From Antedon mediterranea (Eukaryota; Animalia; Echinodermata), in contig NC_092673.1 in NCBI RefSeq assembly GCF_964355755.1, positions 18,783,648 through 18,847,647 on the forward strand: a stretch of 64,000 nucleotides of DNA, in the 5' to 3' direction. The notes beneath the pieces were generated by a model. That model saw only the letters and a list, made by a program, of their open reading frames with translations. It was not told where the DNA came from and did not search any database. Positions 52,301 to 64,000 of this stretch are shown here, piece after piece. Each line of letters starts with the position of its first letter. Position 1 is the first letter of the stretch. A program made the position numbers and the translations under genes.

Positions 52301-55300
52301 GAGCCATTGTCTGTAAAAATCAAAGATTTGGTCGCAGATGTAAAAAAATGGATTTCTCTAAAATTACATTTCAATAAAAAGCATATCTACAACATTCATT
52401 TTAATTTTTAGCCTCCGTTGCCATGACAACGGTCAATTATCCAAATTTTGATGTTTTTGCCATTTTTCACAGATTTTCTATAGTGAAAAAGTACAAACTT
52501 GTATACTTATTTTAACCAAAAATACTTACATTATACAGTTTTTGTTTATAGCAGTGTAAAACAACATGTATTAAGTTCCATTTAATGTAGAAAAAAAATA
52601 AATTACAAAATGGAGTTTGGTTGATACCATTATTTTAAAAAGGGGTGTTTTAAAAAAATATTTTTTTTATAAAAGTATACCTCATAAACGTACCTATAAC
52701 TTCCAAAGTGGTGTTTTTAAATCAATGAGGTTTTTTAATTTGATAGTAAATAGGTGTGTAAACAATAATCACGAAAAAAACACTGGGGTAAATTTTGTAC
52801 ATAGGTTTTGTGTTGCCAGGAAAATACGAAAAATACAAAAAATATAACAAAATATCAACAAACAAAACACATGAAACACAATTTAAATATGGCTAATCCA
52901 ATAATAAAATGTATATGTGGCTTGTCATAATGCTACTAGAGTCATACAAATAGTTTAGATAAAATAGGAGAATGTGTTGCCAGGTTTATTTCAATTAATT
53001 GCCAGAAAAACAGTATTTTGCATTGAAATATTTAGTTGATGGCAAATAATGTTAAACTTGGAAATAATTGCGTCAATGGTTTTTATAAATTTTTAAATCT
53101 ATTTTGTGTAAAGAGATACAGAAAGACCTCCAAAAAAATCTGACCTTGTAAATAGGTCATTTGAGGTCAAAAGGGGTCAGAATGCAAAACAGGACAGGTC
53201 CCCACTTTACTACAACTATTAATGTTTGATCAAAATTTACAGGATAGTTCATAACAATTCTCAACAATTTTCATATTTTACCTATAGTGTTACCTTAGCA
53301 ACCATTTCTATGTGTAACTAAGGAAAGTAATTTTTTTTTAAACGTAAAAAATGGCGTTTTTATAAATACAAAGAATTGATTGCATTTGTAATTTTTCTCA
53401 ATTTTACTTCTACTGCATTCCATTAATGACAAACTTGACCTTGTAAATTCATTCATTCATTATTTATTCATTTTTTACCATAGTAACTGTTTCTATGTGA
53501 AAATTTCAAAAAAATTAGGGGTTTTTCATAAATACAAAACATTTTTTCTACATAGTTTTACATTTCTACTTTTTGCCAAATTTACTTTAAATACTGAATC
53601 CTAATAATCTCAGAAAGAAAGTCTTGACGAATCTGAATAAAGGTAAAAAAATGACCTTTAGTGTTATCTTAAACCTGTTTACGTAACTAATGATATTTAA
53701 AAAAAAAAATTAAATATGGAGTTTTCATGAAAAAAAAAAAATTTTACATATTGAGGTCAAATGACATCAACATTTTACCTATAGTGTATTGTAGCAACTG
53801 TTTCTATACGTAACTAAGTACAATATTTTTAATATGGGGTTTCATGACTACAAACAATTGATTACATAGCTTTACTATCTTTTCCCAAATTTACTTATCT
53901 ACTGAATCCCAGAAAATGTCTGACCTTGTGAAAGGGTCATTTGTTGGGTCAAGTTATGTCAAAATGTATTATTTATGTTATCTTAGAACCTGTTTCTATG
54001 CATAACTAAGGATAATTGTTTTTTTTAAATACAGTTTAACCTCCCGTAAGTGGCCACCCTCGGGACCTGGAAAAGTGGCCGCTTATAATTGTAGGCCTAT
54101 TATTATTTATAATCAGGTGGTTTAGTATTTTTTAGCATTTTCAGACAAATTTTAAAAACTTTTATCATATGAAAAAGGGTCGGTCAAAATCTGTGTAGTT
54201 TTCTCATCTCTTCACAGTAATGTTTTTAAAACCTCTTCAAAATAAAGCTAATATATAAAGAAATACAATAAACATGCACCTCTAATTCATAGGTCCATGC
54301 AATAAGTATCACATTTTTCGATTGGCCGCTTACAAAAAATCTCATTTTTTGTATAAAAAGGTGCCCCAGCTGCTTACGGTAAGCACCAAATGCACTAATT
54401 AGATAGGAAGAGCAAACAGGCTTTTCAAAGTGCGTCCGTTATAAGGGAGGTGGCCGCTGTAAATAAAATATGGGGTTTTCATGAATAAAAATAATCACAG
54501 AAGAAAGTGCTTACGAATATGACCTTGTGAAACGGTAATTTGAAAATGCAAATAAGGCATGCCTGCTAATAATCTACAAATTTAAATTTGTTTGAGATAA
54601 ATATGCAAAATCTAAAGAATATCTCAATTTTAGTTACCATAGTAACTGTTGATATGTATAACTAAGGGAAATTAAATAAATATCAGATAATTATTAATTA
54701 ATAATTAATACTGAATCCAACCATCACAGTAAAAAAATATAGAATTTAAAACCAATATTTAATAATAAAGTGTGATATTTTACATGCTGACCTTAAATGA
54801 AATGAAATTTCAAATCAGGGCTTCAATATTTGTTATGTAGCATTAACATACCATGAGTATATCATTGACTTTTGATTGGTTCTATTTTGGGGAGGGGAAA
54901 GTGGTGGATCCAGGACTTTTAAATAGTTAGGGGGTTGAAGGCGAGGGTCTAAAAACTTAACTTTATGTCCTATCTTTTGCATTGCAATTTTTAAGTTGGG
55001 GTGGGTGGGGGCTTGGAGAAAGGGGGAGGGGGTGGGATGGAGGAGTTTGAATCCGTCTATTCATTAAGGCGATACCAGCGGCAGTGTGGGTGGTGCTTGA
55101 ATGCATGCATTTAACACTCTATAGTGGATGATCGACCAAAGTGTTGCAGTTTATCTTTTTGTGGTTATAGTCGGGGTGGGGGAGGGGCGGAGGGAGGGTG
55201 GTAGTCGAAAGTGGTGGTGGATGGGCATGTGGGATCTGCTTAGGTTAGTAAATAAAAGAAGTAAACAAATGAAAGAGGAGCTTCAAAATAAGAGAGGAGT

Positions 55301-55985
55301 AATCTGTTGCAAAGATTAAAATTCACAACGATCTGATAATTTATTCAAATTTCCAGAGGATATAACCTATAAAATGACATTAAAACTGGGAATTACAGAA
55401 TCTATAATTAAAAATTTATTTTTTTTCTCACAATTCCTATGTTTCTCGCAACACTGCTTGTAGATTTTAAATTTACCCCAGTATTTTATTTTAGAAATCA
55501 ATTATTAAACATTAGAACTACCTATTTGTAATAAATCAGCTAAAAAAATACACCACTTTGGGCGTTATGGTGAAGTAAAGTTTAGTTGCATTGAACAATT
55601 TAAAAAAAGTGAAAAACACCCCTTTTTAAATAAATGGTATCTCCCAAAGTATGAAATAAAAAAAAATTAAAAAATTTGAAACAGGTAAACAATGCATTGT
55701 TATTATGCATACACTAATTATTTTTTATAATTAAATGAAGAAAACAAAAATATCGTTCATCAAAATAGTACCAATATCCATTTTAAAAAACCTTAAAAAA
55801 GGACAAAATTTGTCAAAAACACAAATTTGGCCGTTGCCATGGAAATATACATGTGAAAAAAAAAATACTTCATATTTGATTTCTCTCAACACATAATATA
55901 GCCATGTGCAAAATTTGAAAGAAATCCATTTTTTTGAGTCTGCCACTCTTTTTGATATTTCTTTGATTCTTACAGACAATGGCTC
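52301..55985. mobile_element. Sola3-like non-autonomous element with long TIRs, TTAA TSD
   Basis: Seen: TTAA|GAGCCATTGTCTGTAA ... TTACAGACAATGGCTC|TTAA, with diverged inverted arms of ~500 bp. Removing it restores the host TIR (GGAAATTTAA-ATATGC). GAG..CTC plus TTAA is the Sola3 signature. Confidence 0.85.
54032..54459. mobile_element. Tc1/mariner (pogo/Tigger-like) MITE, TA TSD
   Basis: Seen: TA|CAGTTTAACCTCCCGTAAGTGGCCACC ... ATAAGGGAGGTGGCCGCTG|TA, internal TGGCCGCTTA repeats. Right TIR partly deleted. Confidence 0.65.
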
Positions 55986-56748
55986 TTAAATATGCCAGTT
56001 AGAATGTTTAATATCACATTTATATCTACTCGTAATGCATATAGGTGGTCTAAATCCAACCGTTAAGGAGATATGGGGCTTTAAAATAGCAAATGGCGGC
56101 CATTTTGAATTTATGCTAATTAACCCACTTCCCGATATCCGATTTTGGTAAACTTTGGTTCATGTTCACCATATCAACCAAATAAAACAAAAAAAAATTC
56201 TGTTGCAATTTGTTCTAGGTTCAACCATATTTTTACTGGACTAAATATAGTGTTCATATTTATAGTATATACCAATAATTAACCTATCTACCGGATTTCG
56301 TAAAAAAACGCGAAAAACGAAGATCTTCGTGTTTGGCAGTCAAGCGTTGTGTTTCCAAAAACGAAGATCTTCGTGTTTGGCAGTCAATACTCAAAGTGTT
56401 AAATGTCGTCGATTTGTCCATAATGATTGTGTTTTACCGGCCGGAGGTTTTCTATAATTTAAGGCCAAAAAATCATAATTTTGCATATAGTTTTGTATTT
56501 CCGTGTAGTACCCTGTTTATCTTCATGTCCTTACGTCTGATATATCAGGCCGAATTTCCTTAGTAATTATCACGGAGTAAAACTATCTCATTATTTTCTT
56601 TGTTTTATTTTTTAGTGTGGTTTAGGCAACACTAGTATTGTGGATAAATGGAATATGAATTTTGGAAAATTGTGGTTTATAACTGCTGACTTATTTAGAA
56701 TTAAATAATACAATTTAACATTTTGCTAAATTTATTTATATATAACAG

Positions 56749-56860
56749 TAGTCTGGGCTCCAGACGGAGTTTTGTCGTAATATTAGTAAAAATATAAATA
56801 TTTTTGCACATATGGCGTGTCATACGTGTATTACTTTAGTTTGGATACTCCGTCTGGGGA
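56749..56860 (+). mobile_element. Terminus of a TAGTCTGG-type element, also at 37412-37449
   Basis: Seen: TAGTCTGGG(C/T)TCCAGACGGAGTTTTGTC.TAATATTAG at both loci, local inverted CCAGACGGAGT / ACTCCGTCTGG. Confidence 0.55.
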
Positions 56861-58117
56861 AACACGCAAAAGTCATGTGGTTTGACACCAAGAATTCATG
56901 GTGCATAGATTATCCGGTTGACTAGTTTCAGCTGCATGCGATTGGCTACTCACTCGTACACTCATTTTAATATTCATATTTCAGAATTTCAAAGACTCAA
57001 CAACTAAGATGGTGCGCATGCGCTATGTTACGTTTAGACAATGTGTACTTCGGTACATTGATAAAAGTTTCTGAATAGAAGGCTAGAAATGATTTTATAT
57101 GCCTAGTAGTCCGGTAAACATTGATGGGATTTTTCCCAAGAACATGAAAACTCGTCTTGATATGATAGGCTAGCTTCTCCGCAAATCAAACATTGAATGG
57201 ATCGTTTATTAGGCGGAGATAATTTGATTTAATTCCAACCCTGTCCTGTTCTGTGTAGTGGTGTAGCCCTGTTGTGTGTGAATCCTGTTGTGTGCCGGTG
57301 GTGGTGGTATTTAGGCCCAAAGATTGGTAGGCCTACCTTATTGGCGTTTTATTTGGCAGGTCATACGTGCGAGTTGAGTAGGACCTACAAAGGAGGTAAA
57401 CAAAACAACTTGGCAACACGATTTATTTCAACAGTCTCGATCGTACAATCAGCACTGTACATACTCGATCTTTTTCATTTTAAAACAAAATGATCATTGG
57501 TTGATTCGAAATCCATATTTACATACCGCCCGTCCCATATAGCTAAATACAGTATGATAACCTACGTCATTCTTATCGGATGTTTGCGGTCTGCAAATCG
57601 ATTTCTATACGTGTTTCACAAGTCTGTATTTTCACACAAAAATCGCGGTCGAAATAAAAACAAATAAATAAAAAAAAAAAGACAATATAGACTTGGGGCA
57701 AGTCTAATATAACAGCAGCAGCTTCAAACATTTTTTGTCTAACTTTTTCAAATCATTAATTGATAATAATAAGTAATTAATAATAATAAGTAATATTCAT
57801 TAATTGATTACAGTTATTAGAAATTGAATATATTGTTATTATTATTATTCTCACCCTAGTATTGTGAGGTTCAAGGGAATTGTTCATTTCAAGGTTTCTT
57901 GATTTGTATTCATCATAAATGTTTGTGTTTCAACAATTTCCTTTTTTGGTTTAAACCAGGGCAGTTTTTGTATTGTCATTTTCACATCACTGATTCGTAC
58001 CATATAATAGTACAAATTATGCTTAAAAGAGACATTTGAAAGTCAATGTAGAATTATGCATTATTTATATATGATATTATTGTAGTCAATGCGGTAAAAT
58101 GCAGTTTGGAAGGCATA

Positions 58118-58300
58118 TAGTCCAGTAAAAAATCACCCTCACTGTGGCATAAGCTTGTACCCTGATGAAATTCACATAGTTTGTAAAGATCATTCCTTGA
58201 TGTTACGTCGTGCCAAATCTGGGATTTAACAAGAAAATTAGACTTTTATGCAAAATTTTTACCTACCTCATGTCGTAATTTTTTTTTACTGCAAATGCGA
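58118..58300 (+). mobile_element. Orphan Academ-like terminus
   Basis: Seen: TAGTCCAGTAAAAA, same terminus as the 49440-56243 element. No partner end found, extent uncertain. Confidence 0.4.
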
Positions 58301-58727
58301 TGAAGCGTAACCGAAATTATGATACACCGTTAGCGCCCGTAAACAAATATATTAATAAAGCTATGAAACCTATGGTAATTAACTGTTTATAGCATAAATT
58401 TAAGTGTAGTTTACAATAAAATATATAATGAAATACATAACATATAAAGATATCCAAATATAAACTAACAAATTTACAGATACGTGTTTAAAAATGTCGA
58501 AATAAACATGGCCTTCCATAAAATGAAGTACGCCCTCATTTGTCATACTTTTATAAAACTTGTGAATTTTTAGTTATAATACGGAACACATACAATTTGT
58601 TAGTTATTGCCTCTTTTGGCAACAAATATTTTTTCTATTTTATATCCATTTTTTAATGATAGAAAATAATGTTTTTCTATCTTCGAACACATTACAACAT
58701 CTACAGTAGTATACCATTATGATGGAA

Positions 58728-58815
58728 TTTTAGTCGCGTGCAACAGCTCACTATGTAGGTTGGTTGGTAAACACTAACTTGAGCACGCGTCTGCAGCAAT
58801 GTAATGGCCTTGTTT
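58728..58815 (+). mobile_element. Mini Helentron/HINE (DINE-1-like) remnant
   Basis: Seen: TTTTAGTCGCGTGC ... (GGTT)n ... GCACGCG ... GGCCTTGTTT, i.e. subterminal inverted CGCGTGC/GCACGCG, tetranucleotide microsatellite and T-rich ends. Confidence 0.5.
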
Positions 58816-59840
58816 AGTGGCATACTGCATATGACCCGTAATGATCTCCTGGTCTGGTTTTATCCTAAACATTCTTTTTACTTCAACAGCATTATTGCAT
58901 GGATATCAGAGTGCATTGCATTTTAAACTATCATTCAGAAAAAATTGTCTGATTTAGACGAATCTCAAACTTTCGGTGGTTTATGTTTGAAAAAGTAAAG
59001 ATAGCATCTATCATAGACGCAAACTGGATTATTAACCCCATGTTATTGTCCCGATCTTTTTTTTTTTTCTTTTTTTTTTTCTTTTTTCTTCTTTCTTTCC
59101 ACGAATTTTGTTCTCAGAGTATCTCTAATTCTGGCAAACATAAAATTGTATAAATTTGTCATAAGATTGACCTTTAGCTGTAGATGTGCAAGATTTTATG
59201 AATTTCTGGTATTTAGCATAGGTCGATAACCATACAACAATTTAAATTGAAACTAATAGCAAAGTGTAAATTTATGTTGATGTTCAGCGCGCCGCTCGTA
59301 CCAGATGGTACTGCAGCGAGTATTGACCAATCACAAACAGTTTTTCGTAGCATCTATACCAAAATGAGGGCGCTATGTATTCATAGTTTAAATAGTTGAG
59401 TTATTTCATAAAGCGGAAAACGTCGTCTCGTGATGATGATGTGGACATCGCAATTGTCCCAGTAGATGACTTTTGTTTATTTATCTCCAAACGCAAGTGT
59501 TGGCACACGCAAATTACACAGTCAATATCATACTCGAGAATTTACAGGATTTTATATGTTTAATGACAGAGACACGATAATCACGCGAAAATTACTCAGT
59601 CAATATCATCGTACCCGAGGAAATATATGATTTATGATCCTCGCAGCAGTAGTCATGTGATGCAGTTTCAACCAATCACGTTCACGTATATACATAGGCT
59701 ATGTAATATTATACAGATATTGACTGGTGAGTTAACAGCAATATGGCTATTGTGCTTGAAAATGAAGTGAAAAATCTTCTTAGGATAAATTTCTGATCAA
59801 ACAGCGTGGCTTGTCAAAAATAATAAGGATTTGAAATATT

Positions 59841-60420
59841 AATTATCTGATATTATCGCAATGGTTCGTGTACATGTTTATCGTATTTATTAATATTAAA
59901 TCTATGGTTCTGATAACAAATTGTGTAACAGGAACCAGGAAAGAGTAAAATTACAAAGAAATAAATTATCTGATATTATCGCAATGGTTCGTGTACATGT
60001 TTATCGTATTTATTAATATTAAATCTATGGTTCTGATAACAAATTGTGTAACAGGAACCAGGAAAGAGTAAAATTACAAAGAAATAAATTATCTGATATT
60101 ATCGCAATGGTTCGTGTACATGTTTATTGTATCTATTAATAGAGTAGAGTAAAGTTGAAAAAAAATTAATTTCACTTTTTCTCTGCAGGAACTCAATAAA
60201 CAAAACAAACAAATCATAATAACATTTCTACCCTGGTTTTCTGTATACATTTTATAATTAACTTTTTATCATAAAAAACAAATTATGTAACAGGAACTCA
60301 ATAAACAAAACAAACAAATCATAATAACATTTCTACCCTGGTTTTCTGTATACATTTTATAATTAACTTTTTATCATAAAAAACAAATTATGTAACAGGA
60401 ACTCAATAAACAAAACAAAC
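59841..60420. repeat. Adjacent 123-bp (x2.4) and 105-bp (x2.2) tandem repeats
   Basis: Seen: AATTATCTGATATTATCGC at 59841, 59964, 60087 and CAGGAACTCAATAAAC at 60186, 60291, 60396. Confidence 0.92.
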
Positions 60421-61257
60421 ATTTAATCATTAATATAATAATACATTAATAATAATATTAATAATAATTATTAAACATACACTTTTATTTTACTTTTATT
60501 TATATTAGTAGGCCTTACTCAATAGGTCTATTATTAACAACATACATGAGTTGAATGAATATGGTATACAAACACAAAAGAGTATCAAATATATCAACCA
60601 AAGTGGTAATTATTAAAGGCATAAAAAGAAAATCTAGGCCTAAACATGTATTTTTCCTGTAATACTGAATCAGCATGCTAATAGATAAAGTAATAATAAT
60701 AATAAAATCTATTGATTAGCAAGGAAAGTAGAACGTTTTGTCCACGCCCTTTTGGAGTACATCTTACAAAACTTGTCAAAAAAAAAAACCAGAAAAAAAA
60801 TATATAAAGTTTTCTCATATAAAATGGCAAAATAAATGGTCAAATTTAACCAAGAACCCATTAGCTCAGTGGCAGTCAATCTATATATTAATGCTACAAA
60901 ATTGTTCGCGTATTTGACGTATCTCCTTTAAAACCACTGAACGGTACGTGCTCACATTTGGCACACTGATGTTTATTGATAGGCCGCACACAATAGACTA
61001 TGTCACTTTCCTGAATTTTAAGGATAAACACTAAAAAAAGGGAAAAAATAGCAGTAATTTGACGTCTCAGCGACCATATTACGTCACTGTATAAACTACG
61101 CAACCTCCTTTGTTGTGTACCACCATGGCCGGATCTACAAATACCATGCGGGCAGTCTCTATTCAACCGTATCGAATGATCGCGTCGTTGAAGTTTTAAT
61201 TAATTACACCTATTCTTTGAACAGAATGATTTTTGTAATTCCTAGTCTTGCTCAGTG

Positions 61258-62517
61258 AGTAAAACGCCGTGACCATTCATATCAATGCTTAGTAGGTTAA
61301 AGTTTGAATCCGCTACATGTAGTAAAACGCCGTGACCATTCATATCAATGCTTAGTAGGTTAAAGTTTGAATCCGCTACATGTAGTAAAACGCCGTGACC
61401 ATTCATATCAATGCTTAGTAGGTTAAAGTTTGAATCCGCTACATGTAGTAAAACGCCGTGACCATTCATATCAATGCTTAGTAGGTTAAAGTTTGAATCC
61501 GCTACATGTAGTAAAACGCCGTGACCATTCATATCAATGCTTAGTAGGTTAAAGTTTGAATCCGCTACATGTAGTAAAACGCCGTGACCATTCATATCAA
61601 TGCTTAGTAGGTTAAAGTTTGAATCCGCTACATGTAGTAAAACGCCGTGACCATTCATATCAATGCTTAGTAGGTTAAAGTTTGAATCCGCTACATGTAG
61701 TAAAACGCCGTGACCATTCATATCAATGCTTAGTAGGTTAAAGTTTGAATCCGCTACATGTAGTAAAACGCCGTGACCATTCATATCAATGCTTAGTAGG
61801 TTAAAGTTTGAATCCGCTACATGTAGTAAAACGCCGTGACCATTCATATCAATGCTTAGTAGGTTAAAGTTTGAATCCGCTACATGTAGTAAAACGCCGT
61901 GACCATTCATATCAATGCTTAGTAGGTTAAAGTTTGAATCCGCTACATGTAGTAAAACGCCGTGACCATTCATATCAATACTTAGTAGGTTAAAGTTTGA
62001 ATCCGCTACATGTAGTAAAACGCCGTGACCATTCATATCAATGCTTAGTAGGTTAAAGTTTGAATCCGCTACATGTAGTAAAACGCAGTGACCATTCATA
62101 TCAATGCTTAGTAGGTTAAAGTTTGAATCCGCTACATGTAGTAAAACGCCGTGACCATTCATATCAATGCTTAGTAGGTTAAAGTTTGAATCCGCTACAT
62201 GTAGTAAAACGCAGTGACCATTCATATCAATGCTTAGTAGGTTAAAGTTTGAATCCGCTACATGTAGTAAAACGCCGTGACCATTCATATCAATGCTTAG
62301 TAGGTTAAAGTTTGAATCCGCTACATGTAGTAAAACGCCGTGACCATTCATATCAATGCTTAGTAGGTTAAAGTTTGAATCCGCTACATGTAGTAAAACG
62401 CAGTGACCATTCATATCAATGCTTAGTAGGTTAAAGTTTGAATCCGCTACATGTAGTAAAACGCCGTGACCATTCATATCAATACTTAGTAGGTTAAAGT
62501 TTGAATCCGCTACATGT
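61258..62517. repeat. Satellite 4, 63-bp monomer, 20 copies
   Basis: Seen: AGTAAAACGCCGTGACCATTCATATCAATGCTTAGTAGGTTAAAGTTTGAATCCGCTACATGT, near-perfect, only two recurrent substitutions. Confidence 0.98.
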
Positions 62518-62908
62518 GTAAATATTAAGTATCACTGCTTAAAGTTTAAAAAAAAATAAAAATTAAAACTACACCACAATGAAATTACAAAACTAGCAAG
62601 AAAGATACAAAACCTCACATAAAAAAATTGCAAAATATAAAAAACCATGAAATGAAATAAATAAAAAAATCTAAATGAACACAAAAAAAACACACATACC
62701 CCCACGCAAAAAAAAAACCAATCCAAATGGGTGTCATGTTTCTGTAAAATATTAAATTTCACGAAAAAATACACTTAAGTAAAAGATTACACCCAAGTAA
62801 AAGATTACATAACAAACTTAGAGCATATCACACATATTACGTTAAGTTTTACCTTCAAAATCATCTTAGTGTAGACCATTTTTCGTGGGGGAGGGGGGTA
62901 TTGAAATA

Positions 62909-63182
62909 AATTATCTGATATTATTGCAATGGTTCGTGTACATGTTTATCGCATTTATTAATATTAAATCTATGGTTCTGATAACAAATTGTGTAACAGG
63001 AACCAGGAAAGAGTAAAATTACAAAGAAATAAATTATCTGATATTATCGCAATGGTTCGTGTACATGTTTATTGTATCTATTAATAGAGTAGAGTAAAGT
63101 TGAAAAAAAATAAATTTCACTTTTTCTCTGCAGGAACTCAATAAACAAACAAACAAATCATTAATAACATTTCTACACTGGT
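62909..63182. repeat. Second copy of the 59964-60237 block
   Basis: Seen: near-identical ~270 bp, about 2.9 kb downstream, on the other side of satellite 4. Confidence 0.9.
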
Positions 63183-63379
63183 ATTCAGTATTGCTTTCAT
63201 TTTGTAGCTTACAGATATTTCACAGTAAAGGAATACTCAGTGTATAACAAAATCAATGGCCATATAGATAGAATAAAAAAGTGGACATAAATTGAAATAA
63301 AAACACGTTTCTGCAGAAACATGAATTGTTAAGTTGTTTTCATGTTTAACAATACAGTATACCAAACCAATATATTGGT

Positions 63380-64000
63380 AATTGTGAAAAAATTGCCCCT
63401 AACCAAATATCGTTAATTCGTACTCCTATATTATGGGATTTCAGAAGTTCAGTAAATTTTTATAAAAATGCAAAATAGTACAGAAGAATGTACACAGCCC
63501 TGTTTTACATCTTGTTCAATATTAAAATAATCTTTACATATATCCCCAAATTTTATAAACTCTTGTACATTTGTGTAAAGTGCATCAATCATTTTCTAGA
63601 CAGTCACAGTCCGTAATGCCCGATGTCCAGGCCGCTTTTAAGTCGTACCTCCAAACATTATCAAATGCTTTCCAGAAGTCCAGGAAGGAATTATGTGATC
63701 TTCACATCTGTGTCCCAGTCTAAAGTCTCCCTGGACTTTCGAAAGCACATCATTATTCTCAAGATAGTGTGATATATTTTTGACAATTATCCTATTGAAT
63801 GTTTTTGAAAAACATGAATTTAAAGATATGCCTCTATAATTATTTAAATCTTCTATCTCCTTCCTTATGAATTGGACATATAATACTACTGTTCCATTTT
63901 TTCTAGTTTTATGATCCTGTTGAATAAATCAAGCAACAGATGATTAATGCACTACCAATGTTTTTTATCAGTTCATTAAATATTATTTTTTTTAATTATT
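63380..64000 (-). pseudogene. Decayed non-LTR retrotransposon reverse transcriptase (CR1/L2-group LINE)
   Basis: Manual minus-strand translation across frameshifts: KWNSSIICPIHKEGD / EDLNNYRGISLNSCFSKTFNRII...VQGDFRLGHRCEDHI / FLDFWKAFDNVWR / FNIEQDVKQGCVHSSVLFCIFI. These match LINE RT motifs PI.K.G, YRGISL, Q.GFR, FLD..KAFD.V and GV.QG..LSP.LF. Confidence 0.9.

Larger units (their letters stand above)
49440..56243. mobile_element. Academ-like element with long, internally repeated TIRs, 3-bp TSD
   Basis: Seen: AAT|TAGTCCAGTAAA...GAACCTAGAACAAATTGCAACAGAA versus TTCTGTTGCAATTTGTTCTAGGTTC...TTTACTGGACTA|AAT. Left arm ~49440-50100 pairs with 51690-52300 plus 55990-56243. Confidence 0.8.
48548..56398. 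mobile_element. piggyBac-like non-autonomous element (outer host of nest)
   Basis: Seen: TTAA|CACTTTGACTGCCA ... TGGCAGTCAA(TACTC)AAAGTG|TTAA. The right TIR carries a small insertion and an adjacent 43-bp duplication. Confidence 0.65.

Noticed and set aside
54880-55230. G-rich stretch as promoter or gene
   Set aside because: Low-complexity G-runs inside the Sola3-like element, probably a decayed MITE. Boundaries too degenerate to annotate.
58160-58200. Hammerhead ribozyme at CTGATGA (also ~28620 and minus-strand hits near 26097, 27054, 42128)
   Set aside because: No stem II followed by GAAA at any of these sites by inspection.
61242-62477. 411-aa repeat protein
   Set aside because: Coincides with the 63-bp array, near-perfect at nucleotide level with no synonymous divergence or splice context.

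Overview
AT-rich eukaryotic (metazoan, probably invertebrate) genomic DNA, not prokaryotic. It has no intact protein-coding ORF, operon or CRISPR array. About half the window is tandem satellite from four unrelated families: 66-bp (~157-13960), 89-bp (two arrays, 29446-37411 and 38692-41181), 125-bp (43335-47786) and 63-bp (61258-62517). Much of the rest is non-autonomous DNA transposons identified by TIRs and TSDs: hAT-like with 5-bp TSD, Mutator-like with 9-bp TSD, and Kolobok-, Sola2-, Sola3-, piggyBac-, Academ- and Tc1/pogo-like elements, including a four-level nest at 48548-56398. Also present: a tRNA-derived repeat unit, LINE/SINE tails, a decayed non-LTR reverse transcriptase at the right edge, local segmental duplications and one plausible terminal exon encoding a tail-anchor-like peptide. 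The main observation is that the satellite monomers (three fairly clearly, one weakly) contain a terminus of the CAGGG...CCTG hAT-like MITE class, of which intact copies lie in the same window. This suggests transposon ends repeatedly seed local tandem amplification. All family assignments come from terminal/TSD signatures read by eye, without database searches.
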